32,000 nt of DNA from Erysipelothrix inopinata (lineage in GTDB: Bacteria; Bacillota_I; Bacilli_A; Erysipelotrichales; Erysipelotrichaceae): assembly GCF_014396165.1 (NCBI RefSeq), contig NZ_CP060715.1, positions 2,130,001 through 2,162,000 of the forward strand, read 5' to 3'. The position numbers and the translations under genes are program-made. The first letter of the stretch is position 1, and each line of letters starts with the position of its first letter. Below, piece after piece: positions 1 through 8,637 of the stretch. A model generated the notes under the pieces. The model worked only from the letters and a program-made list of their open reading frames with translations, searched no databases and was not told the DNA's origin.

Positions 1-1259
1 TGCAACAACCTCAAAACTGGACAGCAAACCCAATGAAACGTGGCTATCCAATCTTTGGTAAGACGGGTACACAACGTTGGGAACAAACTGATGGATCACT
101 CTATGGTATCCCAGCTGGTAATCAAAAAGAACGTTGGATGGTTGGTGCTTCAAGTAAATTTAGTATTGCTACATGGACTGGATTTGATTTACCATCCAAA
201 GATAACCGTCCTTACTTTACATCAGCAGAACACCAGTTCAACCTTGCTGGTAAGTTAAATGGTTACCTATTCAATGAACTTGATAAACAATATGGACCAG
301 GTACTGATATTCCCGTACCAAGTTCTGTAACACAAATTACACATATTAAAGGACCATTCCCTTATCAATCACCACTTCCTGATATGAATAAGGATTTAGT
401 AACAACAGGATACATTAAGAAAGAATTCGCATCACTTAAAGAAGCTACTGCACAATCACTCGATAGCTTATCAAGCCAAAAAGTAACTGCATCAGCATCT
501 AAGAATACAATTAAATTTGATGTCGCATTATCCGCTTATCCAAACCCTGAAAAACTTAAGGTAGCAGATAGCAAACTAACCATGACAGCTCCTGATGGTG
601 CAGTTTATACTGGTGCTAAGATTTATGATGAAACATGGATCTATGGTGCTGTACGTTATAAAACAGAGATACGTGTAAACGGTAGCCCTGTAAAAGAAGA
701 ACTTTCAGAATCAGAAAACATCTCACTCACAATCAGTGCTCCTAAAGCAACTGACAAAGTACAAGTATGTTCATACTATACCTATGATAAAGCACCAAAT
801 ATGAAGTCTAATGAAGTCTGTGAAGACATTGATGTTGGAGCACTTCCAGTATCTCAAGACTTTAGTCGCTTCATTGGGGATTCAATCTTCTCATTCAATG
901 AGTGGTTAAAATCAATCGGCTCTACGAAAGAACCAAAAACTTCTTACCAATTCAGTGACAAGTACAATTACGATACAATTATGAAAATCAATCCTGATTA
1001 TTCAAACCAAAATGTAACGCAAAAACAAATGGCTGAAACTGAATACAACGTAACACTTGCTGATCGTGAAGTTAAAGCAGATGGTAAACAATCTGCCGCT
1101 AACTATAAAGCAGCGTACGGTAAGATTGTGACATTCCAAAATCCCTCAAACGATGATTCCAAACTTGTAAAAGGATTCATCGTTGATGGAAAAACAGTTA
1201 CTTCCTTCCCACTATCAAGTCAGAGTGGAAAAACAGTAACCTTAGTAATTGCTGACTAA
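1..1259 (+). CDS. Penicillin-binding protein, 3' part (end of transpeptidase domain plus long C-terminal extension); 5' end lies upstream of the window
   Basis: Frame 3 is open from base 3 (QQPQNWTANP precedes the listed Met), so the gene is cut by the window edge. KTGT (PBP KTG box) is followed by MVGASSKFSIATWTGFD, typical of the end of a class A PBP transpeptidase domain. About 395 aa follow the KTG box. A rho-independent terminator follows the stop. Confidence 0.75.
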   Translation, partial: QQPQNWTANPMKRGYPIFGKTGTQRWEQTDGSLYGIPAGNQKERWMVGASSKFSIATWTGFDLPSKDNRPYFTSAEHQFNLAGKLNGYLFNELDKQYGPGTDIPVPSSVTQITHIKGPFPYQSPLPDMNKDLVTTGYIKKEFASLKEATAQSLDSLSSQKVTASASKNTIKFDVALSAYPNPEKLKVADSKLTMTAPDGAVYTGAKIYDETWIYGAVRYKTEIRVNGSPVKEELSESENISLTISAPKATDKVQVCSYYTYDKAPNMKSNEVCEDIDVGALPVSQDFSRFIGDSIFSFNEWLKSIGSTKEPKTSYQFSDKYNYDTIMKINPDYSNQNVTQKQMAETEYNVTLADREVKADGKQSAANYKAAYGKIVTFQNPSNDDSKLVKGFIVDGKTVTSFPLSSQSGKTVTLVIAD

Positions 1260-1268
1260 ATAAAAATG

Positions 1269-1299
1269 AACCGTTCCTTAAATAAGGAGCGGTTTTTTT
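1269..1299 (+). terminator. Rho-independent terminator of the PBP gene
   Basis: AACCGTTCCTT / AAGGAGCGGTT 11-bp stem (one G-U pair), 4-nt loop, then a T7 run directly after the stop codon. Confidence 0.8.
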
Positions 1300-1302
1300 A
1301 AT

Positions 1303-1334
1303 ATAAGAAAAGAGCACATGAATCCATGTGCTCT
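1303..1334 (-). terminator. Rho-independent terminator of the murF-ddl-alr operon
   Basis: Perfect 10-bp stem AGAGCACATG / CATGTGCTCT with a 4-nt loop. On the minus strand it is followed by TTTCTTATAT, 3 nt after the alr stop. Confidence 0.7.
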
Positions 1335-1337
1335 CGT

Positions 1338-2459
1338 TTATTTAATTGGGTTTACATAAATTCTTGGAACAGTATAACGAATTAGACTAATTAATTCATT
1401 AATAGATTGTCCTGTAATTTGGATGTAATCATAGATAGTTTGATCTTCATGACCAAATATCATAACCTTATCCTCAACTTCACAATCGATGCCTGTAACA
1501 TCAATCATAAACTGTGACATTGCGATATCTCCAGTAATAGGGCAATGATGTCCATTTACCATAACGCCACCACCATTTAAGGATAGACTCTTCATAACAC
1601 CATCACAATATCCTGCAGTGACTGTCGCAAGTTTCATATCTTGTGTTGCAGTAAAGGTACGTCCATAGCCTACGAACTCACCTTTCTTAATCTCTTTAAC
1701 CATACAGATACGTGCTTCCATGCTAAGGACAGGTTTGTATCCATCATGAAGAGATTCGTTTAATTGTGATGGATGGTAAAGGCCAAACATGACCATACCA
1801 CAACGAACAGCTGAATACCCTAGATCACCAAAATGAATGATGGAAGGACTGTTTTGCATGTGAGTCATCTTCGTATCAATACCTTCATCATGAAGTTTTT
1901 CAAGAACTTCATTAAAACGACGAATTTGATTTTTTGAAAATTCTGTAGCATCGCCATCATAGCTTTGAGCTTCGACAAAGTGAGAATAAATACCTGTAAT
2001 ATCTAAACCTTCTAAGTCATAACATGAACGAACTTCTTCATACGTTTTAAGTCCCAATCGATTTAATCCCGTATCAACTTTGATATGGCCTTTGATTTTA
2101 GTATTATTTGCTTTCGCAAAGGCATCTAATTTATGGGCGTATTCCATATTAATAACTGCTTGGGTTAAGTCAAAATCAATGAGATATTGAAAATTCGATT
2201 CAAGGGTTGCTCCTAAGAGAATGATAGGAAGCGTAATACCATCATTTCGCAAATCAACAGCTTGGTCAACATCAAGAACTGCTAGCATGTCGATTCCTAA
2301 TTTCTCACATGTGTGAGCAACTTGAGTTAAACCACAACCATATCCATTTGCTTTGATAACTGAGATAATCTTGGTTTCTGGTTTTAATGTTTGACGTAAG
2401 AGTTTCGTATTATGCTCGATAGCTGCTTCATCAACAATAACATTTACGCTATCGATCAT
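1338..2459 (-). CDS. alr: Alanine racemase
   Basis: 373 aa. PLP-lysine motif VIKANGYGCG near the N-terminus and TIM-barrel plus C-terminal beta-domain pattern (GYGRTF, GYCDG). The start overlaps the ddl stop by 4 nt. Confidence 0.9.
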   Translation of the reverse strand: MIDSVNVIVDEAAIEHNTKLLRQTLKPETKIISVIKANGYGCGLTQVAHTCEKLGIDMLAVLDVDQAVDLRNDGITLPIILLGATLESNFQYLIDFDLTQAVINMEYAHKLDAFAKANNTKIKGHIKVDTGLNRLGLKTYEEVRSCYDLEGLDITGIYSHFVEAQSYDGDATEFSKNQIRRFNEVLEKLHDEGIDTKMTHMQNSPSIIHFGDLGYSAVRCGMVMFGLYHPSQLNESLHDGYKPVLSMEARICMVKEIKKGEFVGYGRTFTATQDMKLATVTAGYCDGVMKSLSLNGGGVMVNGHHCPITGDIAMSQFMIDVTGIDCEVEDKVMIFGHEDQTIYDYIQITGQSINELISLIRYTVPRIYVNPIK

Positions 2460-3472
2460 AAGATATCCTCAACCATCTTAGCCATAAGTTCTGTATACTC
2501 TACACCAACATTTTGTAACATCATTGGGTAACGAGAATTCTTAGTAAAACCTGGCATTGTATTCACTTCATTAAGATAGAATTGATCATCTTTTGTCACA
2601 AAGAAGTCTAAACGTGCAATATGACGGCAATCAAGAAGATCAAAAATAATTGCACCTTGGTTACGGATTGCATCTCTTAGTGTTTTTGGATATGTTGATA
2701 CACGAAGTGTTTCAGTTGCATGAGGATGATATTTCTCTTGGAAATCAAATACAGCACCCGTTACGTTCACTTGGTCAACATCACTAATAATAAACTCGTT
2801 TTTTGTCTTGAGAATTGATAATCCGACTTCTACACCATCAATATATTCTTCGACAAGAATTTTACTATCATATTTGAAAGCAAACTCACATGCTTTATAG
2901 AGTCCTTCTTCATCTTCAACATAAGTTACACCAAATGATGATCCTTCACGTGTTGGTTTCACAATACAAGGATAATTGACATGGGCCATATCTAATTCCG
3001 CAATATTATGAATTGTTTGATATTGTGCCATTTTGATGCCATTGCTCTCACATACAGCATGTGTAAATGCTTTATCCATGCAAAGGGATGACCCTAAGAC
3101 ATCCGAGCCGGTAAAGGGAATGTTTGCACAATGTAATAGCCCTTGAACGTGGCCACCCTCTCCCATTTGTCCGTGTAAGACTAGGAGTGCTCCATCTAAG
3201 AGTACCGGTTCTTGAGTCACAAGATTCATGAATCCTGGTTTATCTAAATTAAAGGTAAGTGCAAGTTCCTGACAATTTGTAAATGTCATCGTTTCAAGTT
3301 CTTCAGGAGTGAAGTCTCCAACATTCCATTTTCCATCTTTAGAAATATAAATAGGAACGCATTCATAACGATCATGAGGGAAGTGTGCAAGTGCAGATGC
3401 TGCACTTGCTACTGAAATATCGTGTTCGCTGTTTACTGATCCAAATAATAATCCGATTCTTTTTTTATTCAT
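2456..3472 (-). CDS. ddl: D-alanine--D-alanine ligase
   Basis: 338 aa. GSVNSEHDISVAS N-terminal motif, ATP-grasp core, C-terminal LNEVNTMPGFT. The omega-loop FDFQEKY keeps the Tyr that marks D-Ala-D-Ala (not D-Ala-D-Lac) ligases. Confidence 0.92.
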   Translation of the reverse strand: MNKKRIGLLFGSVNSEHDISVASAASALAHFPHDRYECVPIYISKDGKWNVGDFTPEELETMTFTNCQELALTFNLDKPGFMNLVTQEPVLLDGALLVLHGQMGEGGHVQGLLHCANIPFTGSDVLGSSLCMDKAFTHAVCESNGIKMAQYQTIHNIAELDMAHVNYPCIVKPTREGSSFGVTYVEDEEGLYKACEFAFKYDSKILVEEYIDGVEVGLSILKTKNEFIISDVDQVNVTGAVFDFQEKYHPHATETLRVSTYPKTLRDAIRNQGAIIFDLLDCRHIARLDFFVTKDDQFYLNEVNTMPGFTKNSRYPMMLQNVGVEYTELMAKMVEDIL

Positions 3473-3473
3473 C

Positions 3474-4799
3474 TTACTTATCCTCTTTCATTAAGCGTTC
3501 TAATTGATAAGAACGTGATCCTTTAATTAGTATCATAACGTGTTGATGATAATATGGCTTAACACGCTTTTCAAATGATTCATAGGTTGAATCATTAATG
3601 AAACGTTCTTTGTCATAACCATATTTATTAATGACCATTTCGAATTCTGGCCCAAGTGTCATGACTTTAACGATATTAGGATATTTTAATATCTCATCTA
3701 ACACTTCTTTATGAGCTTGTTCACTCTGACTTCCAAGTTCCACCATATCTGATAAGACCGCAATACGATCTCCCTCATACTGATATTCAGATAGAAGTTC
3801 GAGCGCGTACTTTGCACTCACCGGATTAGATTTATAAGCATCTAAGAGTACGAGTGATTCAAACTTTGTTACAAGTTCCGTACGTAACCCTGTAAGAGCA
3901 ACCTGGTTCAATCCATTTTGAATGGCATCTTCACTGATTCCAATTTTTTGTGCCAATCCGATGACTCCAGCACAATTGGATGCTTGATGACCCCCAATTA
4001 GATTACAAGTATAGTCTTGATTATTAACTTTAAATGAGATGCCACGGTTGGATGATTCGACATCTGAGACTACGAGTTCATTTGAATCTTCATATCCAAA
4101 TGTATGAAATCTAGGTCCTGCTAATTCTCGGTAGATTTCAAAATCACCTTGATAGAACGCAAGGTCTTCATTTTGAACATGATCAAAGATTTTAAACTTC
4201 TCTTTAGCAATATGTTCAATGTTATTAAAGTTTTGCATATGTGCAGGTGCAAGACTTGTAACGATTGCGGCATTAGGTTTCACAACCGATGCCATTAGTG
4301 CTACATCGTCTTCATAGTCTAAGCCCATTTCAAAGATACCATACTGCGTGTCTTCATCCATTCTAAATAGATTGAGATAGGTGCCAATTTCAGTGTTTTG
4401 ATTTTTATAAGTTGCGACCGTAGTTCCTAATCTTGAAAAAAGACTCTTTAAAATATCTTTAGTTGATGTTTTACCATTACTTCCAGTAATTCCTATGAAG
4501 AAAGCATTTAATGTATCACGGTAACTTCTTCCAAGCATCCTTAATGCTTCCAATGTATCCGCAACGATGATTTGTGGTACATCAACATCTAGCTTTGAGG
4601 AGACGATTAATGCAGTAGCACCATTATCAATGGCCTGTTGTGCGAAATCATGCCCATCCACACGTTCTCCTACAAGACATACAAACAAATCATTAGGTTC
4701 TATAAATCGAGTATCTACTTTAATACCATCAACGAATGCTTCTTCCTGGCATGTTCCATTGACCCACTGGGCAATTTTTAATGTGCTTAATTTTTTCAT
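3474..4799 (-). CDS. murF: UDP-N-acetylmuramoyl-tripeptide--D-alanyl-D-alanine ligase
   Basis: 441 aa. Mur-ligase P-loop GITGSNGKTST. The N-terminal WVNG...DTR pattern and length fit MurF. It sits directly upstream of ddl, and its start overlaps the nth stop by 4 nt. Confidence 0.9.
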   Translation of the reverse strand: MKKLSTLKIAQWVNGTCQEEAFVDGIKVDTRFIEPNDLFVCLVGERVDGHDFAQQAIDNGATALIVSSKLDVDVPQIIVADTLEALRMLGRSYRDTLNAFFIGITGSNGKTSTKDILKSLFSRLGTTVATYKNQNTEIGTYLNLFRMDEDTQYGIFEMGLDYEDDVALMASVVKPNAAIVTSLAPAHMQNFNNIEHIAKEKFKIFDHVQNEDLAFYQGDFEIYRELAGPRFHTFGYEDSNELVVSDVESSNRGISFKVNNQDYTCNLIGGHQASNCAGVIGLAQKIGISEDAIQNGLNQVALTGLRTELVTKFESLVLLDAYKSNPVSAKYALELLSEYQYEGDRIAVLSDMVELGSQSEQAHKEVLDEILKYPNIVKVMTLGPEFEMVINKYGYDKERFINDSTYESFEKRVKPYYHQHVMILIKGSRSYQLERLMKEDK

Positions 4800-5416
4800 A
4801 CAGAATGTTTCTCCTTCAATTCTTCTAATACATCAAATGCATCTCGTGTATCACGAGCTGTACTGTGATAACGTCCAAACAATAAAAGTAGTAAATGTGC
4901 TTCAGCCCATTGTTCCTTCGGTATCTTTCTCATTAACTTGGTCTCTACTTGCTCAACAGAATCATTGGGTTTCGCAAGCTTCAACCGTTTTGCTACACGT
5001 TCAATATGCGTATCAACTGCAATAGCAGGAATCTTAAATCCTTCTGATAATACAACATTGGCAGTTTTTCTACCTACTCCCGAAAGAGACATTAACTCTT
5101 TTCGAGTGTGAGGAACTTCACCACCAAATTCATCAACGAGTTGTTTCGAACACTGAATAATAAACTTAGATTTATTACGATAAAGACCAATCGTTTGAAG
5201 ATACCTCTCAACATCCTTCACATCCGCTTGAGCCATTGCTTCAGGCGTAGGATATGCTTCAAATAATTTAGGTGTAACTTTGTTAACAGCAGCATCCGTA
5301 GTTTGTGCCGATAACACAACAGCAATTAAAAGTTCGAAAACATTTTCATGTTCTAACTCCCCTTTAACATTAGGATACTCCATTCGTAATATATCCAAGA
5401 TTTCTTCAGTCTTCAC
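4796..5416 (-). CDS. nth: Endonuclease III (HhH-GPD DNA glycosylase/AP lyase), variant lacking the [4Fe-4S] cysteines
   Basis: 206 aa. HhH motif LSGVGRKTANVVL with the catalytic Lys, and AVDTHIERV with the catalytic Asp. The C-terminal GRYHSTARDTRDAFDVLEELK aligns to E. coli GRYTCIARKPRCGSCIIEDLC with all 4 Cys replaced. dnaD-nth synteny matches B. subtilis. Confidence 0.85.
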   Translation of the reverse strand: MKTEEILDILRMEYPNVKGELEHENVFELLIAVVLSAQTTDAAVNKVTPKLFEAYPTPEAMAQADVKDVERYLQTIGLYRNKSKFIIQCSKQLVDEFGGEVPHTRKELMSLSGVGRKTANVVLSEGFKIPAIAVDTHIERVAKRLKLAKPNDSVEQVETKLMRKIPKEQWAEAHLLLLLFGRYHSTARDTRDAFDVLEELKEKHSV

Positions 5417-5418
5417 GC

Positions 5419-5919
5419 TTACACCGTCTTTTCTTTTTCGTTATTAACTAAAATAGAATTAATATAATTCATCGATACTTTCTTATAAATAATTGCTGCT
5501 CTCAAAGCATCTAAGATATTTTCTTCTGAATACTTTGACAGCCAACCATTCAACATCACAAGTTCATGTTGAGATAAGAGTCTTCCAAACTCAGTTTCAA
5601 ATACTTCGAAGATTCCTTGATCCACATAATCATAGACAACACCTTCTTGGAAAACACCATCAATACAAAATTCAAGACCCATTCCCTCAACTTTGATAGT
5701 GAGCAGTTCTTGACGAACAAGATCATGAATTAACTCGTCAATCTTATTCATCTCAATACCCGTTCTTTCGGAAAGGACCTCCAATGTGATAGGATCATTT
5801 TGTTGATTGAGAAAATCTATCATTAACAAAACCACAGTTTGTAATGGCGTTAACTTTAAAACACCAAGATTATCTAAAATCCAATCTCTACGATTTACAT
5901 ACGCTTTATTCCACCACAT
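5419..5919 (-). CDS. dnaD: DnaD-domain replication initiation/primosome protein (short form)
   Basis: 166 aa. The N-terminal region looks like a winged helix. The C-terminal DnaD/DnaB-type repeat reads LSQHELVMLNGWLSKYSEENILDALRAAIIYKKVSMNYINSILVN. It lies directly upstream of nth as in Bacillus. Confidence 0.6.
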   Translation of the reverse strand: MWWNKAYVNRRDWILDNLGVLKLTPLQTVVLLMIDFLNQQNDPITLEVLSERTGIEMNKIDELIHDLVRQELLTIKVEGMGLEFCIDGVFQEGVVYDYVDQGIFEVFETEFGRLLSQHELVMLNGWLSKYSEENILDALRAAIIYKKVSMNYINSILVNNEKEKTV

Positions 5920-6382
5920 TTTTATTTCCTCCTACTTGAAATAAGATATCCAAAGTATCTACATCCACAAACAATTCAAGTTGACGGTTTTTAAGAACAA
6001 AGACAAGTTTGTTTTTATAAACTCCATAACTAATGTTCTTTTCATTCATGCCATAACGGGTTGCAATTTCACTTACTTTATCTTTACTTACTAAATCATG
6101 TTTTTCTAGTTTTGATAAATCCTTATTAAACCATACGATAAAGGATGCATCAGCATCTTTAACTTGAGTAATATAATAGACTTGATCATATGAAAAACGA
6201 TTCAACAATTGAGCTTCATCATATTTCATTGTGTCCATCATTGCTTCTACATATTGCCGGTCTTCTTTCTCATAGGCACGTGCTGGCCCACCAATAAATC
6301 CGACATAACCTAACCATAATACGAGGATTAAGAGTATCACGAGAAGCAGTGATCCGAAGAATGATTTTAATACGTTTTTCAT
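5906..6382 (-). CDS. Membrane-anchored PepSY-like protein, TseB/YpmB-like
   Basis: 158 aa with one N-terminal TM helix (LLLVILLILVLWLGYVGFIGG) and a beta-rich extracytoplasmic domain. Size and position upstream of dnaD-nth recall B. subtilis ypmB (tseB). It overlaps the dnaD start by 14 nt. Confidence 0.5.
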   Translation of the reverse strand: MKNVLKSFFGSLLLVILLILVLWLGYVGFIGGPARAYEKEDRQYVEAMMDTMKYDEAQLLNRFSYDQVYYITQVKDADASFIVWFNKDLSKLEKHDLVSKDKVSEIATRYGMNEKNISYGVYKNKLVFVLKNRQLELFVDVDTLDILFQVGGNKNVVE

Positions 6383-6488
6383 AATAACACCTCATGTATT
6401 ATTTTATCATATTTACTCCTACGATTCATGAAAAAAGACAGGGTTTCCATTCTTAATTTGAAACTAATAACCTTAACGTCTAAAGATA

Positions 6489-6516
6489 TGAAAAGACAGC
6501 ATGTAGATGCTGTCTT
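6489..6516 (-). terminator. Probable terminator downstream of the PTS EIIC gene
   Basis: Perfect 10-bp stem AAGACAGCAT / ATGCTGTCTT with a 4-nt loop. On the minus strand the U-tract is short (CTTTTC). Confidence 0.5.
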
Positions 6517-6553
6517 ATTGAGAGTTTAACTTTGAATTCTTGTGTCGTTTGAA

Positions 6554-7846
6554 TTATTGATGTTCCTTCGCTGACTTCATGTTTAGTTCTTCATTTTTCT
6601 CTAATATCTTGAAGAAAGGATAATAAATGAGGAAGGAAACAATCCATCCAATAATGACGAAGGCCGCAGCTTCCCATCGGCCACCAGTCGATAAGAACGC
6701 TTTAATGGGTGCAGGTGTAATCCAAGGAATACTTAGAACAGGTGTTGGTAGAATATGGAGACTGCTACCAATTACTGCCATGATAAGGAGTACCACTGCA
6801 GATAAGATAAATGGAATCATCATAAGAGGATTCAACATAATCGGAAGTCCGAAAATTACAGGTTCAGCAATGTTAAAGATACTTCCTGGAAGGGATAGTG
6901 CTCCAAGACCTTTGAGTCGTGGTTTCTTCGACATTACAAGCAGTATGACAAGCGGAACAACACTGGTCCAAACATAGTTATCTAGGAAGAGAGTCGTGTA
7001 TGTATATGGAAGTGCTTCTCCGGCTGCGAAGGCTGCTTGGTTTGCAGCAACCATTTGCGTCATATAAGTTCCTGTTATTGGAGAAATTGTATTGGAACCA
7101 TGAATTCCTACTGACCAAAGAATTCGGTCAATGACAACGATAATACCACTTGCTAATGGGGTATCACCGACTTGAAGAAGAGGTGTAAAGAGTCCTGTAA
7201 TTAATTTCCCAATATTAATATTTAGAACACTTCCCAGTACCCACCAGAATACAACTACAAAGATTGAAGGAATTAATCCTGCAAAGACATTCGCAACCAT
7301 TGGTGGAACACCTTCTGGCATCTTGATTGTAACTTTTTTTCTTAAAAAGAAACGGTAGATTTCTACAGAAACAATCGCAACGATAATCCCAGTGAAGACA
7401 CCATCAGCACCTAAAAATGCTTGTGATACTCCAGTAAACATTGTCGTTTCAGTAGAATTTTTCACAACTACTTCAAGAGTTTGTACAGGATTTAATAATA
7501 AGAAACATGCAGCCGCAAGAATTACTGGTTGAACAATTTCGTTGGTTTCCCCACGGTTTCGATTATACCAATCCACTAGGGCATACGAAGTTGTGAAAAC
7601 AGTAAAGAGACCAATATAGTTTGTACCAATTCCTGCGACTTGGGCAATTGTCCATCTAAAGTCACCTAAGAAATTAAGATAAGCCTTACTTGGAAAAGAC
7701 GCTAACAGTAAGAATAGAGATCCAATAATTAATAGTGACATAATGCCAAGTCCCGTGAACTGCATAACTTGAACATACTTTAACTGCGAGAAACGAATCA
7801 ATGGTGGTGCAAGTTTTTCTTCAACAAAATTTGATATTTTTTGCAT
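6554..7846 (-). CDS. PTS lactose/cellobiose-family EIIC permease component
   Basis: 430 aa polytopic membrane protein. The N-terminus MQKISNFVEEKLAPPLIRFSQLKYVQV and overall pattern are typical of CelB/ChbC/LicC-type EIIC. No EIIA or EIIB is encoded nearby. Confidence 0.85.
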   Translation of the reverse strand: MQKISNFVEEKLAPPLIRFSQLKYVQVMQFTGLGIMSLLIIGSLFLLLASFPSKAYLNFLGDFRWTIAQVAGIGTNYIGLFTVFTTSYALVDWYNRNRGETNEIVQPVILAAACFLLLNPVQTLEVVVKNSTETTMFTGVSQAFLGADGVFTGIIVAIVSVEIYRFFLRKKVTIKMPEGVPPMVANVFAGLIPSIFVVVFWWVLGSVLNINIGKLITGLFTPLLQVGDTPLASGIIVVIDRILWSVGIHGSNTISPITGTYMTQMVAANQAAFAAGEALPYTYTTLFLDNYVWTSVVPLVILLVMSKKPRLKGLGALSLPGSIFNIAEPVIFGLPIMLNPLMMIPFILSAVVLLIMAVIGSSLHILPTPVLSIPWITPAPIKAFLSTGGRWEAAAFVIIGWIVSFLIYYPFFKILEKNEELNMKSAKEHQ

Positions 7847-7848
7847 AA

Positions 7849-8541
7849 TTACTCCCCTTTAGTGTTAATTGTGTAATCTATCAGACCTGCATGCATATAA
7901 GCTTTTACAAAATTAGGACAACTAGATTCTAGTCCTCTAACTTTTCCCATGGTAGTATAATATGCCTCGTAAGGAACAATACTAATTTCTCCTCTAAAGA
8001 GATCATATTTCTTCAAGGCTGTAAACCAAGTATCCACATCACTATCACTCATCTCAAGGTATTTAGTTGGTACAAAACCAACTAAGTCTTCAAGGTTCTC
8101 ACCATATAGAAGATCCATTTCGACACCTTTTGCACGCAATCGTTTAACTGCTGCAGTAACTGTTTTGTGTGTGTAATAATGACGATCATGCATTGTGCCA
8201 ATATGATGTGTAATCACAAGATCCGGTTGTTCTCTTTCAAGATATTCCATCATTTCTTGAATAAAATCTTGTTCAGATGGCATATTGCTCGATTTATAAT
8301 CAAGTCTAACCACATCACAGTCCATCCCTTGTGCTACAGCATCAATTTGACCTATCAATTTTGTTTGGTATGCATCAAGTTCTTCTTGAGTTGCATCTTT
8401 CTTCTCCAAACGTCCTGTTGTTACATGGACAAAAGTTGATTTAGCGCCAAAGCGATTCATCACAATTGACATCGGCCCTCCCATTAATTCAGCATCAAGT
8501 GGATGAGCCCCCACAGTAACAATCCGTTTATAACGTTTCAT
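7849..8541 (-). CDS. PIG-L/LmbE-family deacetylase-like protein with divergent catalytic motifs
   Basis: 230 aa. The N-terminal IVTVGAHPLDAELMGG aligns to the family AHPDDxE motif, and MHDRH aligns to HPDH. It ends 2 nt upstream of the EIIC gene, so the two are probably co-transcribed. Confidence 0.7.
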   Translation of the reverse strand: MKRYKRIVTVGAHPLDAELMGGPMSIVMNRFGAKSTFVHVTTGRLEKKDATQEELDAYQTKLIGQIDAVAQGMDCDVVRLDYKSSNMPSEQDFIQEMMEYLEREQPDLVITHHIGTMHDRHYYTHKTVTAAVKRLRAKGVEMDLLYGENLEDLVGFVPTKYLEMSDSDVDTWFTALKKYDLFRGEISIVPYEAYYTTMGKVRGLESSCPNFVKAYMHAGLIDYTINTKGE

Positions 8542-8617
8542 AATATCCTCCTAATTCCATCATAATCATTTTTGAACCAATACGTGATTCAATTAATTCA
8601 GTCGACTTGAGAAACAC

Positions 8618-8631
8618 TGTAAGCGTTTCCT
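8618..8631. promoter_or_regulatory. Candidate catabolite-responsive element (cre, CcpA site)
   Basis: TGTAAGCGTTTCCT matches 12 of 14 positions of TGWAANCGNTNWCA. It lies just downstream of the -10 box of the minus-strand promoter, at about +1 to +14. Confidence 0.45.
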
Positions 8632-8637
8632 AATTTC

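Noticed and set aside
2456-3472. The contiguous murF-ddl-alr cluster might be a vancomycin-resistance-type (D-Ala-D-Lac/D-Ser) module.
   Set aside because: The Ddl omega-loop keeps the Tyr (FDFQEKY) that marks D-Ala-D-Ala ligases. There is no VanH-like dehydrogenase, VanX/Y peptidase or VanRS. Alr is a soluble 373-aa racemase, not a membrane-bound VanT.
4567-5025. 152-aa plus-strand ORF. Similar antisense or overlapping ORFs occur at 40-258, 5493-5696, 6627-6977, 8167-8439, 10277-10483, 10616-10897, 12128-12328, 13617-13904, 15943-16254, 16356-16541, 17311-17514, 17711-17893, 19544-19750, 19939-20385, 20369-20557, 20694-20924, 24737-25009, 24819-25070, 27392-27583, 27774-27956, 28295-28525, 29859-30041, 29872-30054, 30877-31086 and 30917-31105.
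   Set aside because: Each lies wholly or mostly inside a well-supported conserved gene, either on the opposite strand or in another frame. Their compositions are low-complexity or odd, and they lack RBS signals. They are shadow ORFs typical of AT-rich DNA.
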